Source: an uncultured Gaiellales bacterium
GTDB lineage: Bacteria > Actinomycetota > Thermoleophilia > RBG-16-64-13
NCBI GenBank assembly: GCA_964423425.1
Contig: CAYRES010000001.1
Span: 298,191-362,190 of the forward strand
Reading direction: 5' to 3'
DNA: 64,000 nt
Shown: positions 17,741-28,754 of the stretch, piece after piece
Layout of the letters: each line of letters starts with the position of its first letter
Position numbering within the stretch: the first letter of the stretch is position 1
Translations under genes and position numbers: made by a program
The notes under the pieces: generated by a model
Told to the model about the DNA's origin: nothing
The model's input: the letters and a program-made list of their open reading frames with translations, nothing else
Database searches by the model: none

Positions 17741-19828
17741 ATGTCGCTCTTTGACCCGGCGAGAATTCGTAATGTCGCTGTTGTAGGCCACCGCGGGGCC
17801 GGGAAGACGTCGCTCATCGAGGCTCTCCTTTTCACGAGTGGGGCCAAGAACCGTCTGGGTCACGTCGTTGACGGCACCACGGTCATGGATTACGACGATG
17901 ACGAGATCAGACGGCAGATGACCATCTCGGCGGGCTTGGCCCACGTGGAGTGGAACAAGACCAAGGTCAACCTGGTCGACACCCCTGGAGAGGCGTCCTT
18001 CATCAACGACTCGCTTGCGAGCCTCGGGGTGGTCGATGCGGCGCTCATGGTGGTGAACGCCGTCACCGGGGTCGAGGTACAGACCGAGAGGGTGTGGAAG
18101 AAGGCCTCCGAGCTGGGCATAGGGTGCATGGTCGCCCTCAATATGATGGACAGGGAGCGCGCCCATTTCGACGAGGCCTTGGCCTCTCTGCGCGACAGGC
18201 TTGACCCGGCGGTTGTCCCCCTCCAGATCCCCATCGGCCAGGAAGAAGGCTTTCGGGGAGTCGTCGACCTTCTCGAGATGAAGGCCTACGTGTACACGGA
18301 TGACTCCGGCAAGGCACAGCGGGAGGACATCCCGGGCGACCTCACTGAGGCTGCCGAGAAGGCGAGGGAGGAGTTGATCGAGGCGGTAGCCGAAGTCGAC
18401 GACGCTCTCATCGAGAAGTACCTCGAGGGTGAGGAGATCTCCCTCGAGGAGCTGGCGGCAGCGCTGCGGAGCGGAGTGCGTGATCGGATGCTCTTCCCCC
18501 TCGCACTGATCTCGTCCACAAAGAACATCGGCACCGACAGGCTGCTCGAGGCGACGGTCGGCGCAGTACCTTCTCCCGCCGACATGGGACCGCGGAGGGT
18601 GTCTTCGGGTGATGGTTCCGAAGAAGTGGATGTTCTACCCGATCCAGGGGAACCATCGTCTCTGGTCGTCTTCAAGACTCTGTACGACCAATTCTCTGGG
18701 CGCATCAACCTCGTCCGCATTTTCTCGGGCCGCATAGGCACCGACACCCATCTCGTCAATGCCCGCAACGGTGAGCGTGAGCGCACTGGCAACATCTTGG
18801 TGGTGCAGGGGAAGGAGACCAAGGGGTTGGATGAAGCCGGAGCGGGCGATATGGTTGCTCTCGCGAAACTCAAAGATACCGGCACGGGCGACACCCTGAG
18901 CGACGCCTCGCGTCCCGTGAGGTTCCGTCCCCACGAGTTCCCCCCTCCGGCGATCTCTTTCGCTCTCGAGCCCAAGAACAAGGGCGACGAGGAGAAGGTG
19001 TCGGGGGCGCTTCGCCGCCTCTCCGAGGAAGATCCGGCCATGCAGCTTCGTTTCGATCAACAGACCAAGGAGATGATCATCTCCGGCACGAGCCAGGTGC
19101 AGGTCGAGGTCATACTCGAGAAGATGCAGCGCCGCTTCGGTGTGGAGGTCAACCTCAAGCCCCCGCAGGTGCCCTACCGGGAAACCATACAGCGCTCAGC
19201 CAAAGCCCAGGGCAGGCACAAGAAACAGACGGGCGGCCGCGGGCAGTTCGGAGATTGCTGGATCGAGATCTCTCCCGCCAGCCGTGGAGAGGGCTACTCG
19301 TTCGAGGATGCCATCTTCGGAGGATCCATCCCTCGCAACTTCATCCCCGCTGTGGAGAAGGGCATCGTCGAGGCCATGGAGCGCGGTGTGGTGGCCGGAT
19401 ATCCGGTGGTTGACGTCAAAGTGAAGCTCTACGACGGCTCCTACCACACGGTCGACTCCTCTGAGCTCGCTTTCAAGTTGGCCGGTGCACTGGCCCTGAA
19501 CAAAGCCATGGAAGCTGCCTCTCCGGTGCTCTTGGAGCCGGTCATGAACGTCGAGGTCATCGTGCCCGAGGAGAACCTGGGTGACATCATGGGCGACTTG
19601 TCGAGCCGGCGGGGCAGACCGCAGGGCAGTGAGAGCATGGGGGAGATGAACATCATTCGGGCGCAGGTACCCTTGGCCGAGATGCTCACCTATGCCCCGC
19701 AGCTTCGTTCCATGACCGGAGGTAGGGGTTCGTTCACGCTTGAGTTCGACCACTACGAGGAAGTACCCGCGCACATGGTGGAGAAGATCGTTCAGGAAGC
19801 GAAGGCCCGGGAGAGCGCTGAGGGGTAG
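17741..19828 (+). CDS. elongation factor G family GTPase (divergent paralog)
   Basis: G1 GHRGAGKTS, and EF-G domain II-V architecture is recognisable throughout. ATG follows SD GAGGAGG. Switch II reads DTPGE rather than DxPGH, and G4 reads NMMD rather than NKMD. Confidence 0.85.
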   Translation: MSLFDPARIRNVAVVGHRGAGKTSLIEALLFTSGAKNRLGHVVDGTTVMDYDDDEIRRQMTISAGLAHVEWNKTKVNLVDTPGEASFINDSLASLGVVDAALMVVNAVTGVEVQTERVWKKASELGIGCMVALNMMDRERAHFDEALASLRDRLDPAVVPLQIPIGQEEGFRGVVDLLEMKAYVYTDDSGKAQREDIPGDLTEAAEKAREELIEAVAEVDDALIEKYLEGEEISLEELAAALRSGVRDRMLFPLALISSTKNIGTDRLLEATVGAVPSPADMGPRRVSSGDGSEEVDVLPDPGEPSSLVVFKTLYDQFSGRINLVRIFSGRIGTDTHLVNARNGERERTGNILVVQGKETKGLDEAGAGDMVALAKLKDTGTGDTLSDASRPVRFRPHEFPPPAISFALEPKNKGDEEKVSGALRRLSEEDPAMQLRFDQQTKEMIISGTSQVQVEVILEKMQRRFGVEVNLKPPQVPYRETIQRSAKAQGRHKKQTGGRGQFGDCWIEISPASRGEGYSFEDAIFGGSIPRNFIPAVEKGIVEAMERGVVAGYPVVDVKVKLYDGSYHTVDSSELAFKLAGALALNKAMEAASPVLLEPVMNVEVIVPEENLGDIMGDLSSRRGRPQGSESMGEMNIIRAQVPLAEMLTYAPQLRSMTGGRGSFTLEFDHYEEVPAHMVEKIVQEAKARESAEG

Positions 19829-19870
19829 GGAGTACCAGAGCGGCGATACACGGGTGGAGAAGGAAAGTAG

Positions 19871-19915
19871 GTGGCGGCCCTCGCCGGAAGGCGAGGGCCG
19901 CCACCATTCTTTGTG
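19871..19915 (+). terminator. intrinsic terminator after the EF-G paralog
   Basis: Perfect 15-bp stem GTGGCGGCCCTCGCC-GGAA-GGCGAGGGCCGCCAC followed by CATTCTTTGTG. Confidence 0.6.
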
Positions 19916-20013
19916 CCTTGCGCCGGCTTTCGGCTCTCGCGACGGGAGAAGGATTGCTGCAACGAACGTTGTAGTATAATTCGGATGCAATCTCCTTGTG
20001 AAAGTTAGGGCCG

Positions 20014-20877
20014 ATGGACGAAGGCAAGAGCAGGCGCGTGAGCGAGCTTCTCGAACACGGGTTCGACGGTTTTTCGCGCTCCCAGAAGGCCGTCGCACGC
20101 TACATCATCGACCACCTGGAGGAGATTGGATACCTGAGTGCCGAGGAGTTGGCCCGCAAGGGTAATACCTCGAGTTCCACTGTGGTCCGCTTTGCGCAGT
20201 CTCTCGGCTTCGCCGGATATCCGGAGCTGCAGAAGGCCGCCCGCGAGGAGTATCGCCTGGGTGCGAGCACGCGGCCCATGGTGCACAGCGACCAGTTGCT
20301 GTTCGTGGTGGAGGAGGATTTCCTCACCAGGGCCCTTCGCACCGACATCCTCAGCCTGGAAGAGACGCTGGCGAAGAACACGTTGGCCGAGTTCGACCGG
20401 GCGGTGGAGATCCTTGCGCACGCCGGCCAGCTGCTCATCGTGGGCATGCATGAAGCCGCGTCCCTCGCGCGTCATGCCGCGTATGTGTTCGAGCTTCTGG
20501 GTGTCGCAACCCACGTGGTGGAGGATGGTTCGGAGGCACATCACGCCCGTCTCCTCCAGCTCGGGCCGGGTGACGCCCTCATGGCCATCGGTTTTCGGCG
20601 TGCGCACCGCCTCACCGTCCTCTTCACCGAGCAAGCGGCCACCCGGGGTGTCGGCACGGTGGTCATCACCGACAACAGTCTCTCCGAGTTGGCCGGCAAG
20701 GGTGACGTGACCCTACTCACCGACATCGATTCCACCTTCTTCGCCCATTCACTCGTGGGTCCGCTCAGCTTGATCGGCGCGCTCGCCGCGGCTGTGTATG
20801 CACGCGACCCGGAGATGTTCGAGAGGCGCCTGCAGGATCTGCGCCGGCAGATAGACGAGTCGGGTTGGCTGAAGTAG
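20014..20877 (+). CDS. MurR/RpiR family transcriptional regulator (HTH plus SIS domain)
   Basis: N-terminal HTH_6-like segment (RSQKAVARYIIDH...ELARKGNTSSSTVVRFAQSLGF) and a C-terminal SIS fold (LLIVGMHEAASLA...). Confidence 0.85.
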   Translation: MDEGKSRRVSELLEHGFDGFSRSQKAVARYIIDHLEEIGYLSAEELARKGNTSSSTVVRFAQSLGFAGYPELQKAAREEYRLGASTRPMVHSDQLLFVVEEDFLTRALRTDILSLEETLAKNTLAEFDRAVEILAHAGQLLIVGMHEAASLARHAAYVFELLGVATHVVEDGSEAHHARLLQLGPGDALMAIGFRRAHRLTVLFTEQAATRGVGTVVITDNSLSELAGKGDVTLLTDIDSTFFAHSLVGPLSLIGALAAAVYARDPEMFERRLQDLRRQIDESGWLK

Positions 20878-20996
20878 AAAGTCGTCTTGACCGAGGACGG
20901 CCGCATGTGCAGCGACGCGTCCACTGGTGCCGTTGAAGGGTACCAGAGGGTCGGCTAAACTCTGTGTATCAAGCGCCCTTATAAGAGGAGTCTGCA

Positions 20997-21881
<885 letters not shown>

Positions 21882-21901
21882 GGCCTTTGGGGTCGCGGGG
21901 C

Positions 21902-22537
21902 ATGACACCATTGGTCGGGGTCCTGGCCCTGCAAGGGGCATTCAGGGAGCACGGCCACATGTTGCGTGACCTCGGAGCCGAGGTGAGGGAAGTCCGGCTG
22001 GCCGCCGACCTGCACCACCTCGACGGTCTCGCCATTCCCGGTGGCGAGAGCACCACCATGAGCAACCTCATGAAGGTCTTCTCGCTCACCGACGCGCTGC
22101 GCGACTTCGCCACCCGCCGGCCGGTGCTCGCCACGTGTGCGGGCGCCATATTGCTCGCGGAGAGCATCGAGGACGGCCCAGTCGCCCGTGGCCCTTTGCG
22201 GCTTCTCGACATCTGTGTGCGCCGGAACGCCTGGGGCAGGCAGGTGCACAGCTTCGAGTCATCGGTCACACTCCTTCCTCCGGTGCCGAGCGCAGGCAGG
22301 AGCTTCCCCGGCGTCTTCATCAGGGCCCCCCGCATCGTGTCGGTGGGTCCTCGTGCCAGGCCCATCGCCGTACTGGAGCAGGAGGTGGTGGGGGTGCTGC
22401 AAGGAGGCATCATGGCGCTCACCTTCCACCCGGAACTCACCTCCGACACCCGTATTCACCGCATGTTCCTCGATATCATCAAGAAGCGGGGGAGCGCCGG
22501 CGCGCTCGAACCGTCTGTCATATACGCGGAGGTGTAG
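21902..22537 (+). CDS. pdxT: pyridoxal 5'-phosphate synthase glutaminase subunit
   Basis: Sequence MTPLVGVLALQGAFREH...GLAIPGGESTTM matches PdxT. ATG at 21902 is preferred over the TTG at 21887. Confidence 0.9.
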   Translation: MTPLVGVLALQGAFREHGHMLRDLGAEVREVRLAADLHHLDGLAIPGGESTTMSNLMKVFSLTDALRDFATRRPVLATCAGAILLAESIEDGPVARGPLRLLDICVRRNAWGRQVHSFESSVTLLPPVPSAGRSFPGVFIRAPRIVSVGPRARPIAVLEQEVVGVLQGGIMALTFHPELTSDTRIHRMFLDIIKKRGSAGALEPSVIYAEV

Positions 22538-22540
22538 ACC

Positions 22541-23296
22541 ATGTCAGGGCACTCGAAATGGGCCGGCATAAAGCACAAGAAGGCTGCCGTCGACGCCAAG
22601 AGAGGCAAGGTCTTCGCCAAGCTCTCGAGGGCGATCACGGTCGCGGCCCGCGAGGGCGGGGGTGACCCCGATCACAACGCCACGCTCGTGCAGGCCATCC
22701 AGAAGGCCAAAGACGCGAACATGCCGAACGACAACATAGAGCGGGCCATCAAGAAGGGTACTGGTGCCGACAGTGAGGACAGCACCTTCCTCCACCTCAC
22801 GTACGAGGGCTACGGACCGGGTGGCGTTGCCGTCTATCTCACGGTGCTCACCGACAACAGGAATCGCTCCGCAGCCGACGTCCGGCACATCTTCGACCGC
22901 TCGGGTGGCAAGCTGGGCACCGATGGTTCGGTCAGTTGGCTGTTCGAACGCAAAGGCGTGATCCTCATCGATGGCACCGGTGTCGATGAGGATGAAGTGA
23001 TGGAGGCCGCCTTGGAGGCGGGAGCGGAAGACATCCTTACTGAGGGCCACATCTACGAGATCCGTACCGACCCGGCCGACTTCATGAAGGTGCGGGAGAC
23101 ACTGGAGGCCGGCGGGTACGAGTTCACCTCTGTGGAACTCACCATGATACCGAAGACGACCGTCGGCCTTGATGAGCCCGAGGCCAAGAAGACACTGCGT
23201 CTCATCGATCAACTCGAGGATCACGACGATATCCAGGAAGTCTTCGCAAACTTCGACATACCGGACGACGTGATGGAGGCGATCGCCGCGCAGTAA
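22541..23296 (+). CDS. yebC: YebC/PmpR family DNA-binding regulator
   Basis: MSGHSKWAGIKHKKAAVDAKRGKVFAKL is the family signature. Confidence 0.9.
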   Translation: MSGHSKWAGIKHKKAAVDAKRGKVFAKLSRAITVAAREGGGDPDHNATLVQAIQKAKDANMPNDNIERAIKKGTGADSEDSTFLHLTYEGYGPGGVAVYLTVLTDNRNRSAADVRHIFDRSGGKLGTDGSVSWLFERKGVILIDGTGVDEDEVMEAALEAGAEDILTEGHIYEIRTDPADFMKVRETLEAGGYEFTSVELTMIPKTTVGLDEPEAKKTLRLIDQLEDHDDIQEVFANFDIPDDVMEAIAAQ

Positions 23297-23309
23297 GACA
23301 AGGAGCTTG

Positions 23310-23843
23310 ATGACGACCCGTGTCATCGTCGGACTCGACCCCGGCACCGCTACGTTCGGCTATGGGGTGATATCCACGCTGGGGAACCGTTTCCGCCCCG
23401 TCGAATTCGGTGTGATCGAAACCACGGCCGACATGCTGCCCCACCTGCGTCTGTCCTCCATCTTCGACGCGGTGACGGCGCTCATCGGCAGAGTCGGCCC
23501 GGAAGCTGTGGCTGTGGAGTCTCTCTACTTCAACGTGAACGTACGCACTGCCCTCGCCGTCGGCCAATCGCGCGGCGTGGCCTTGCTCGCCTGCGCCCGG
23601 GCGGGCTGCGAGGTATTCGAGTACACTCCACAACAGGTGAAACAGGGTGTGGCGGGCTACGGCAAGGCCGACAAGGGTCAGGTACAGGAGATGGTGCGGC
23701 TGCTCTTGGGCCTCTCTGAGTGTCCTCGCCCCGACGATGCCGCCGACGCTCTCGGGGTGGCGATATGCCACGCCAACAGCGTCGGCTTCCGCAGTCGCGT
23801 GGGTGATGCCCTGCGTGGTAGGGAGGGCAAGAGTGATCGATAG
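23310..23843 (+). CDS. ruvC: crossover junction endodeoxyribonuclease RuvC
   Basis: Sequence VIVGLDPGTATFGYGVIS...E...D matches the RuvC catalytic residues. ATG follows SD CAAGGAGC. Confidence 0.9.
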   Translation: MTTRVIVGLDPGTATFGYGVISTLGNRFRPVEFGVIETTADMLPHLRLSSIFDAVTALIGRVGPEAVAVESLYFNVNVRTALAVGQSRGVALLACARAGCEVFEYTPQQVKQGVAGYGKADKGQVQEMVRLLLGLSECPRPDDAADALGVAICHANSVGFRSRVGDALRGREGKSDR

Positions 23844-24435
23844 GTTGTCGGGACAGGTGGCCGCCCTCTACGGCGCCTCCGTCGTCATGGACGTGAGTGG
23901 CGTGGGTTTCCGGCTTGAAGTGTCGACCAACACTCTGAGGGATGTGGGAGGCGTGGGGAGTACGGCCTCTCTCTTCACCCATCTGCACGTGCGCGAGGAT
24001 GCCCTCCAGCTCTTTGGTTTCTCCACCGAAGAGGAGCGGGCGCTCTTCCAGCTCCTCATCAGCGTGAGCAAAGTGGGGCCCCGGTTGGCCCTTGGGGCGC
24101 TTTCCAGCCGTCGGCCAGGGGATCTGGTACGGGCCATCGCCCTGGGTGATGCCGGAGTGTTCCAAGCGGTACCCGGTATCGGGAAGAAGACGGCAGAGAG
24201 ACTCATTCTCGAACTCAAAGACAAGATCGAGGGCGCGGGTGAGACGACGGCCACGGGCGGAGGCGCGGTGTCCCTGGGATCTTTGGGGGATGATAACCTC
24301 CTCTTGGCGCGGGCCGCCCTCCTGGAGTTGGGTCTCAGCGCGACAGAGGCCGAACATGCCCTGCAGGGGGTCGACCGGGAGGAGCCGGTGCAGGCCATCA
24401 TCACCCAGGCAATCCGGAAGAGAAGAGAGGGATAG
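23833..24435 (+). CDS. ruvA: Holliday junction DNA helicase RuvA
   Basis: GTG start reads (M)IDRLSGQV, followed by the helix-hairpin-helix motifs GIGKKTAERLILELKDK. It overlaps ruvC by 11 nt. The ORF-track start at 23647 was rejected. Confidence 0.85.
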   Translation: MIDRLSGQVAALYGASVVMDVSGVGFRLEVSTNTLRDVGGVGSTASLFTHLHVREDALQLFGFSTEEERALFQLLISVSKVGPRLALGALSSRRPGDLVRAIALGDAGVFQAVPGIGKKTAERLILELKDKIEGAGETTATGGGAVSLGSLGDDNLLLARAALLELGLSATEAEHALQGVDREEPVQAIITQAIRKRREG

Positions 24436-25509
24436 ATGCCCCCGGAGTTCGACGATAGTCCTTCTCCGACACCTGCCGAGTCCGCAAGGCTCGCCGAACC
24501 GGGTGAGGTTGCCGACGACCAAGAGTTCGACGGTTCGCTCCGGCCCCGCTCCCTCTCGGCCTTCGTCGGGCAGCCCGTACTGCGCGAGCAGCTGTCCATC
24601 TTCATCCAGGCGGCGCTCTCGCGAGGGGAGCCTCTCGACCACATACTTCTCGCCGGCCCCCCGGGTCTCGGCAAGACCACTCTCGCCACCATCATCGCTC
24701 TGGAGATGAGGGTGGGTGTCACCACCACCTCGGGGCCTGTGCTCGAACGGAAGGCCGACATGGCGGCCATCCTCACCAACCTGGCCGAGGGAGATGTGCT
24801 GTTCATCGATGAGATCCATCGCCTCAACCGCGCGGTGGAGGAGATCCTCTACCCGGCGATGGAAGACTTCCAGATCGATATCGTCTTGGGCCAGGGTCCG
24901 GCGGCAAGGAGTATCAGGCTCGAGCTTCCGCGCTTCACCCTCATCGGAGCCACCACGCGATCGGGGCTCATCACCACACCGCTTCGGGATCGCTTCGGCT
25001 TCTCCCAGCGGGTGGAGCACTACTCCATCGACGATCTGGCGGCCATTGTTGTCCGCTCGGCGGGCATCCTGGGTGTAGTGATAGACGGCGAGGGAGCACA
25101 CGAGATAGCTCTTCGTTCCCGCGGCACCCCGCGCATAGCAAACCGCCTGCTGAAGCGGGTCCGCGACGTCGCCGAGGTGAGGCACGAAGGCAAGGTGACC
25201 GCCGACGTGGCCCGGTCGGCACTCGATCTCTTCCAAGTCGACGAGAAGGGTCTCGACCGGGTGGACCGGGAGATACTCACCCTCATCCTGGATAAGTTCG
25301 ACGGGGGGCCGGTGGGCCTGTCGACTCTCGCGGTGGCCGTCGGGGAGGAACCCGACACCATCGAGGACGTGTATGAGCCCTATCTGCTTCAGCGTGGCTT
25401 TCTCAAGCGTACGCCACGGGGCCGTGTGCTCACGCGACTGGGATACGAGCATTGCGGAGTGAAGATGCCTTTGGCGGGAGACGGCAAGGCTACCCTTTTC
25501 GAAGCATGA
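24436..25509 (+). CDS. ruvB: Holliday junction branch migration ATPase RuvB
   Basis: AAA+ motifs [13 protein letters not shown] and [12 protein letters not shown] is adjacent to the ruvA stop. Confidence 0.92.
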   Translation: MPPEFDDSPSPTPAESARLAEPGEVADDQEFDGSLRPRSLSAFVGQPVLREQLSIFIQAALSRGEPLDHILLAGPPGLGKTTLATIIALEMRVGVTTTSGPVLERKADMAAILTNLAEGDVLFIDEIHRLNRAVEEILYPAMEDFQIDIVLGQGPAARSIRLELPRFTLIGATTRSGLITTPLRDRFGFSQRVEHYSIDDLAAIVVRSAGILGVVIDGEGAHEIALRSRGTPRIANRLLKRVRDVAEVRHEGKVTADVARSALDLFQVDEKGLDRVDREILTLILDKFDGGPVGLSTLAVAVGEEPDTIEDVYEPYLLQRGFLKRTPRGRVLTRLGYEHCGVKMPLAGDGKATLFEA

Positions 25510-26042
25510 GATCCTCTCTGTTGTTGCACATATGCTGTGGGCCGTGCGCGACGGCAACGGTGGAGTACTGGCGCGGCCAGGGTGTGGAGCCCACGGGCTA
25601 TTATTTCAATCCCAATATCCAGCCGTATCAGGAATTCGAGAAGCGGTTGGAGGGGGTGCGCGCGTTCGCTGCCGCCACAGAGCTTGCTCTTCGGGAAGAC
25701 CTCACTTACGACCCGGTGGAGTGGTTTCGCTGCGCCGGGTTGGCCGGCGAGGAGCGCTGCCGCCGTTGCCTCGGCCTACGCTTGACTGCCGCGGCTGCAG
25801 AGGCGGCAGACCGTGGTTTCCCGTCCTTAAGCACGACGCTCTCAATCAGCCCGTGGCAACGCCACGACTTCATCAAAGAAGAGGGTGCCCGTGCTGCAGA
25901 GGAACACGGGGTGGAGTTCCGTTACGTGGATCTGCGTCACATCTATCGGAAGTCCCAACGGATGGCGGTCGCCCTCGGGCTCTATAGGCAGAAGTACTGT
26001 GGCTGCGTGGTGTCGGAATGGGAGCGATATCGTGGGGCTTGA
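25506..26042 (+). CDS. queH: epoxyqueuosine reductase QueH (DUF208)
   Basis: [13 protein letters not shown] is the DUF208 signature, with the later CRRC pair. ATG overlaps the ruvB stop (ATGA). Confidence 0.8.
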   Translation: MRSSLLLHICCGPCATATVEYWRGQGVEPTGYYFNPNIQPYQEFEKRLEGVRAFAAATELALREDLTYDPVEWFRCAGLAGEERCRRCLGLRLTAAAAEAADRGFPSLSTTLSISPWQRHDFIKEEGARAAEEHGVEFRYVDLRHIYRKSQRMAVALGLYRQKYCGCVVSEWERYRGA

Positions 26043-26250
26043 ACCGCTCGGCCGCCTTCTGATTGCACTGGGTGTGGGCATAGCCCTCCTCGGTGCGCTG
26101 TTTCTCCTTCTCTCGAAGCTGGGAGTGAGCAGTATGCCCGGCAACGTGGTGTTTCGCGGGGAGAGGATCACGGTGCTCATACCGATCGGCCTCTCCATTC
26201 TCGTGAGCGTACTGCTCACTGTCGTCCTCAACCTCATCCTCAGGCGCTGA
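26032..26250 (+). CDS. DUF2905-family small membrane protein
   Basis: About 72 aa, two hydrophobic helices with a central GNVVFRGE loop. GTG start assumed. Confidence 0.5.
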   Translation: MGLEPLGRLLIALGVGIALLGALFLLLSKLGVSSMPGNVVFRGERITVLIPIGLSILVSVLLTVVLNLILRR

Positions 26251-26275
26251 GCCGAGCGCTGTCCGCGAATCTCAG

Positions 26276-27439
26276 GTGCGACTCGAGGAACTCGACTACC
26301 CGTTCTTTGCGGAGCTGATCGCCCAGCGCCCTGCCGAGCCGCGCGATTTGAGCCGACTCCTGGTGCTTGATGCCGCATGTGGGGGGGTGCGGCATCGGCG
26401 GTTCCGCGATCTCCCCTCGCTGCTTCGGAAGGGCGACCTCCTGGTGGTGAACGACTCCCGGGTGCTCCCGGCCCGCATCCATGCGCTGAAGCCCACGGGG
26501 GGCGTGGTCGAGCTCGTGTTCCTCCGGCCTTGCGGGGGCGAGGAAGGCGGGAGGAACGGAACGGTCGACACGCGAACATGGGAGGTCCTCGCCAAACGGT
26601 CCCGACGTCTGCGCGAGGGGAGCCACCTGCGGGTCGTGCCTGCACCCGGTTTCCGTGGGCATGGTGAGCCGGAGGTTGTCGAGAGCAGCGGCGGGGAGCC
26701 GGTGGGGCTGTACCTGGAGGCGAGCCTTGGCGAGGGGCGGTGGCTGGTACGCCTGCCGGCGGATACCAGCGCACAGGAGCTCATGGAGGCTCACGGTGAG
26801 CTACCCCTGCCCCCTTACATCAGAACACCCCTGCGTACCGCCTCCGACTACCAGACGGTCTATGCGTCCCAGCCCGGCTCAGCCGCGGCACCCACAGCGG
26901 GCCTGCACTTCACCTCCCGGGTGCTCCGGGAGTTGGAGGAGGCCGGCATAGAGAGGGCGACCGTGACCCTCCACGTGGGCCTTGACACCTTCCGGCCCCT
27001 GAGCGGCGACACCGTGGAGGACCACCCCATTCACACCGAGTTCTACACCGTGCCGCCGCAGGAAGCGGCTCGGATCGACCGGATCCGCGCGGAGGGCAGA
27101 CGAGTGGTGGCGGTGGGTACCACCACCGTGAGAGTGTTGGAGACCCTGTACCGTCACTCAGACGCGGATGGGCCGCCATCAGCCCCTCTGTCGGGAGCCA
27201 CCGATCTCTTCATCACTCCCGGCTTTGCCTTCCGAGCGGTTGACGCGCTGATTTCCAACTTCCACCTGCCACGGACCTCATTGCTCGCCTTGGTAATGGC
27301 CTTCGCGGGTGTCGACCACATTCGCTCGGCTTATGCCGAGGCCGTCAAGGAACGGTATCGCTTCTTCAGCTTCGGCGATGCCATGCTGATCGACTCCGGC
27401 CCTCGGGCCGCGAGGGCATCAGCCGGGGAGAGGGTATGA
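26276..27439 (+). CDS. queA: S-adenosylmethionine:tRNA ribosyltransferase-isomerase
   Basis: Sequence LDYPFFAELIAQRPAEPRDLSRLLVL...LPPYI matches QueA. Confidence 0.9.
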   Translation: MRLEELDYPFFAELIAQRPAEPRDLSRLLVLDAACGGVRHRRFRDLPSLLRKGDLLVVNDSRVLPARIHALKPTGGVVELVFLRPCGGEEGGRNGTVDTRTWEVLAKRSRRLREGSHLRVVPAPGFRGHGEPEVVESSGGEPVGLYLEASLGEGRWLVRLPADTSAQELMEAHGELPLPPYIRTPLRTASDYQTVYASQPGSAAAPTAGLHFTSRVLRELEEAGIERATVTLHVGLDTFRPLSGDTVEDHPIHTEFYTVPPQEAARIDRIRAEGRRVVAVGTTTVRVLETLYRHSDADGPPSAPLSGATDLFITPGFAFRAVDALISNFHLPRTSLLALVMAFAGVDHIRSAYAEAVKERYRFFSFGDAMLIDSGPRAARASAGERV

Positions 27440-28626
27440 ACGAGGCGAACGGCCCGCAGCAGCTTTCTCCGGCCGCCAAGGCGTGTGTCTCCCGTGATGA
27501 AGGGCTTCCCTCATTCCCCTTCGCAGTGGAGGCGCGCGATGGGTCGGCGCGCGCCGGACTTCTCGCCACTCCCCGGGGCGTCGTGCAGACTCCCTGCTTC
27601 ATGCCGGTGGGCACGAAGGGAACAGTGAAGGCCATGTCTCCCGAGCGGCTCGCGCGCGTCGGCGCCCGGATCATCCTGGCCAACACCTACCACCTCGCCC
27701 TCCGGCCGGGCAGCGGTGTGGTAAGCACCCTTGGGGGATTGCACCGCTTCATGGGCTGGGACGGGCCCATCCTGACCGACAGCGGTGGTTTCCAGGTATT
27801 CAGTCTCAAACACACCGCCAAGGTTGACGATGGAGGTGCGGCCTTCGACTCGGTGTACGATGGCTCCCGGCAGGTCTTCACGCCCCGCAGGTCCATCGAG
27901 GAACAGCACCGCCTGGGTGCCGACATCATCATGTGCTTCGACGAATGCCCACCGGGCGACTCGCCCCGGCAGCTCGTGGAGCGGGCCGTGAGGCGCACAT
28001 CGCTGTGGGCCGCCGCCTGCAAGGAGGTCCATCTCGAGACCGGCGGTGAGGGCGCCGACGGCCCGCAGATGCTCCTCGGGATCGTGCAGGGTGGGGTCCA
28101 CACGGATCTCAGGGCCCGCAGTGTGTCCGAGTTGTGCGGCATCGGCTTCCCCGGCTACGCGCTCGGGGGGCTGTCGGTGGGTGAGGAGCGGCAACGTATG
28201 CTCGACATCGCTGCCTTCACCGCCGAGCGGCTCCCAAAGGAGCGTATTCGCTACTTCATGGGTATCGGGGATCCGGCCGGTGTGCTGGAGGTCGTAGAGA
28301 GAGGCATCGACCTCTTCGATTGCGTACTCCCCACGAGAACCGCCAGGATGGGCACTGCTTTCACGGAGGAGGGGCGGGTCAACCTGCGCAACGCCCGCCA
28401 CATCCGCTCAACCGACCCGCTTGACGAGGATTGTCCCTGTACAGCCTGCCGGACCTTCTCGCGAGGGGTTCTGCGCCACCTGGTCATGCAGAAGGAGATC
28501 CTGGGTCTGGAACTACTCTCCGAACACAACCTCACCTTCATGACCCGTCTGGTGGCGGCGGCCCGGGAGGCCATCATCGCCGGCAGGTTTGCTTCTTTCA
28601 AACGGGGCCTTGTGGGGAAGTGGTAG
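27436..28626 (+). CDS. tgt: tRNA-guanine transglycosylase
   Basis: Sequence TPCFMPVGTKGTVK...DSGGFQV...CxC...CTAC matches the Tgt zinc site. It overlaps the queA stop. Confidence 0.9.
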   Translation: MNEANGPQQLSPAAKACVSRDEGLPSFPFAVEARDGSARAGLLATPRGVVQTPCFMPVGTKGTVKAMSPERLARVGARIILANTYHLALRPGSGVVSTLGGLHRFMGWDGPILTDSGGFQVFSLKHTAKVDDGGAAFDSVYDGSRQVFTPRRSIEEQHRLGADIIMCFDECPPGDSPRQLVERAVRRTSLWAAACKEVHLETGGEGADGPQMLLGIVQGGVHTDLRARSVSELCGIGFPGYALGGLSVGEERQRMLDIAAFTAERLPKERIRYFMGIGDPAGVLEVVERGIDLFDCVLPTRTARMGTAFTEEGRVNLRNARHIRSTDPLDEDCPCTACRTFSRGVLRHLVMQKEILGLELLSEHNLTFMTRLVAAAREAIIAGRFASFKRGLVGKW

Positions 28627-28754
28627 TCGAGCGAAGACGGCGTGGTAACATATGCTGCGTTTGCGGGGTTACCTCCGCGACCCGGCTGTACCCAGTTTCG
28701 AATGATTTGATGATTTTGGACACTTGAGCGCATGCACGCGCAAAGGAGGCGGGT

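Noticed and set aside
19196-20098. 300-aa minus-strand ORF spanning the EF-G paralog 3' end, its terminator and the RpiR start.
   Set aside because: It crosses a perfect 15-bp terminator hairpin and two confidently assigned plus-strand genes. It has no motifs.
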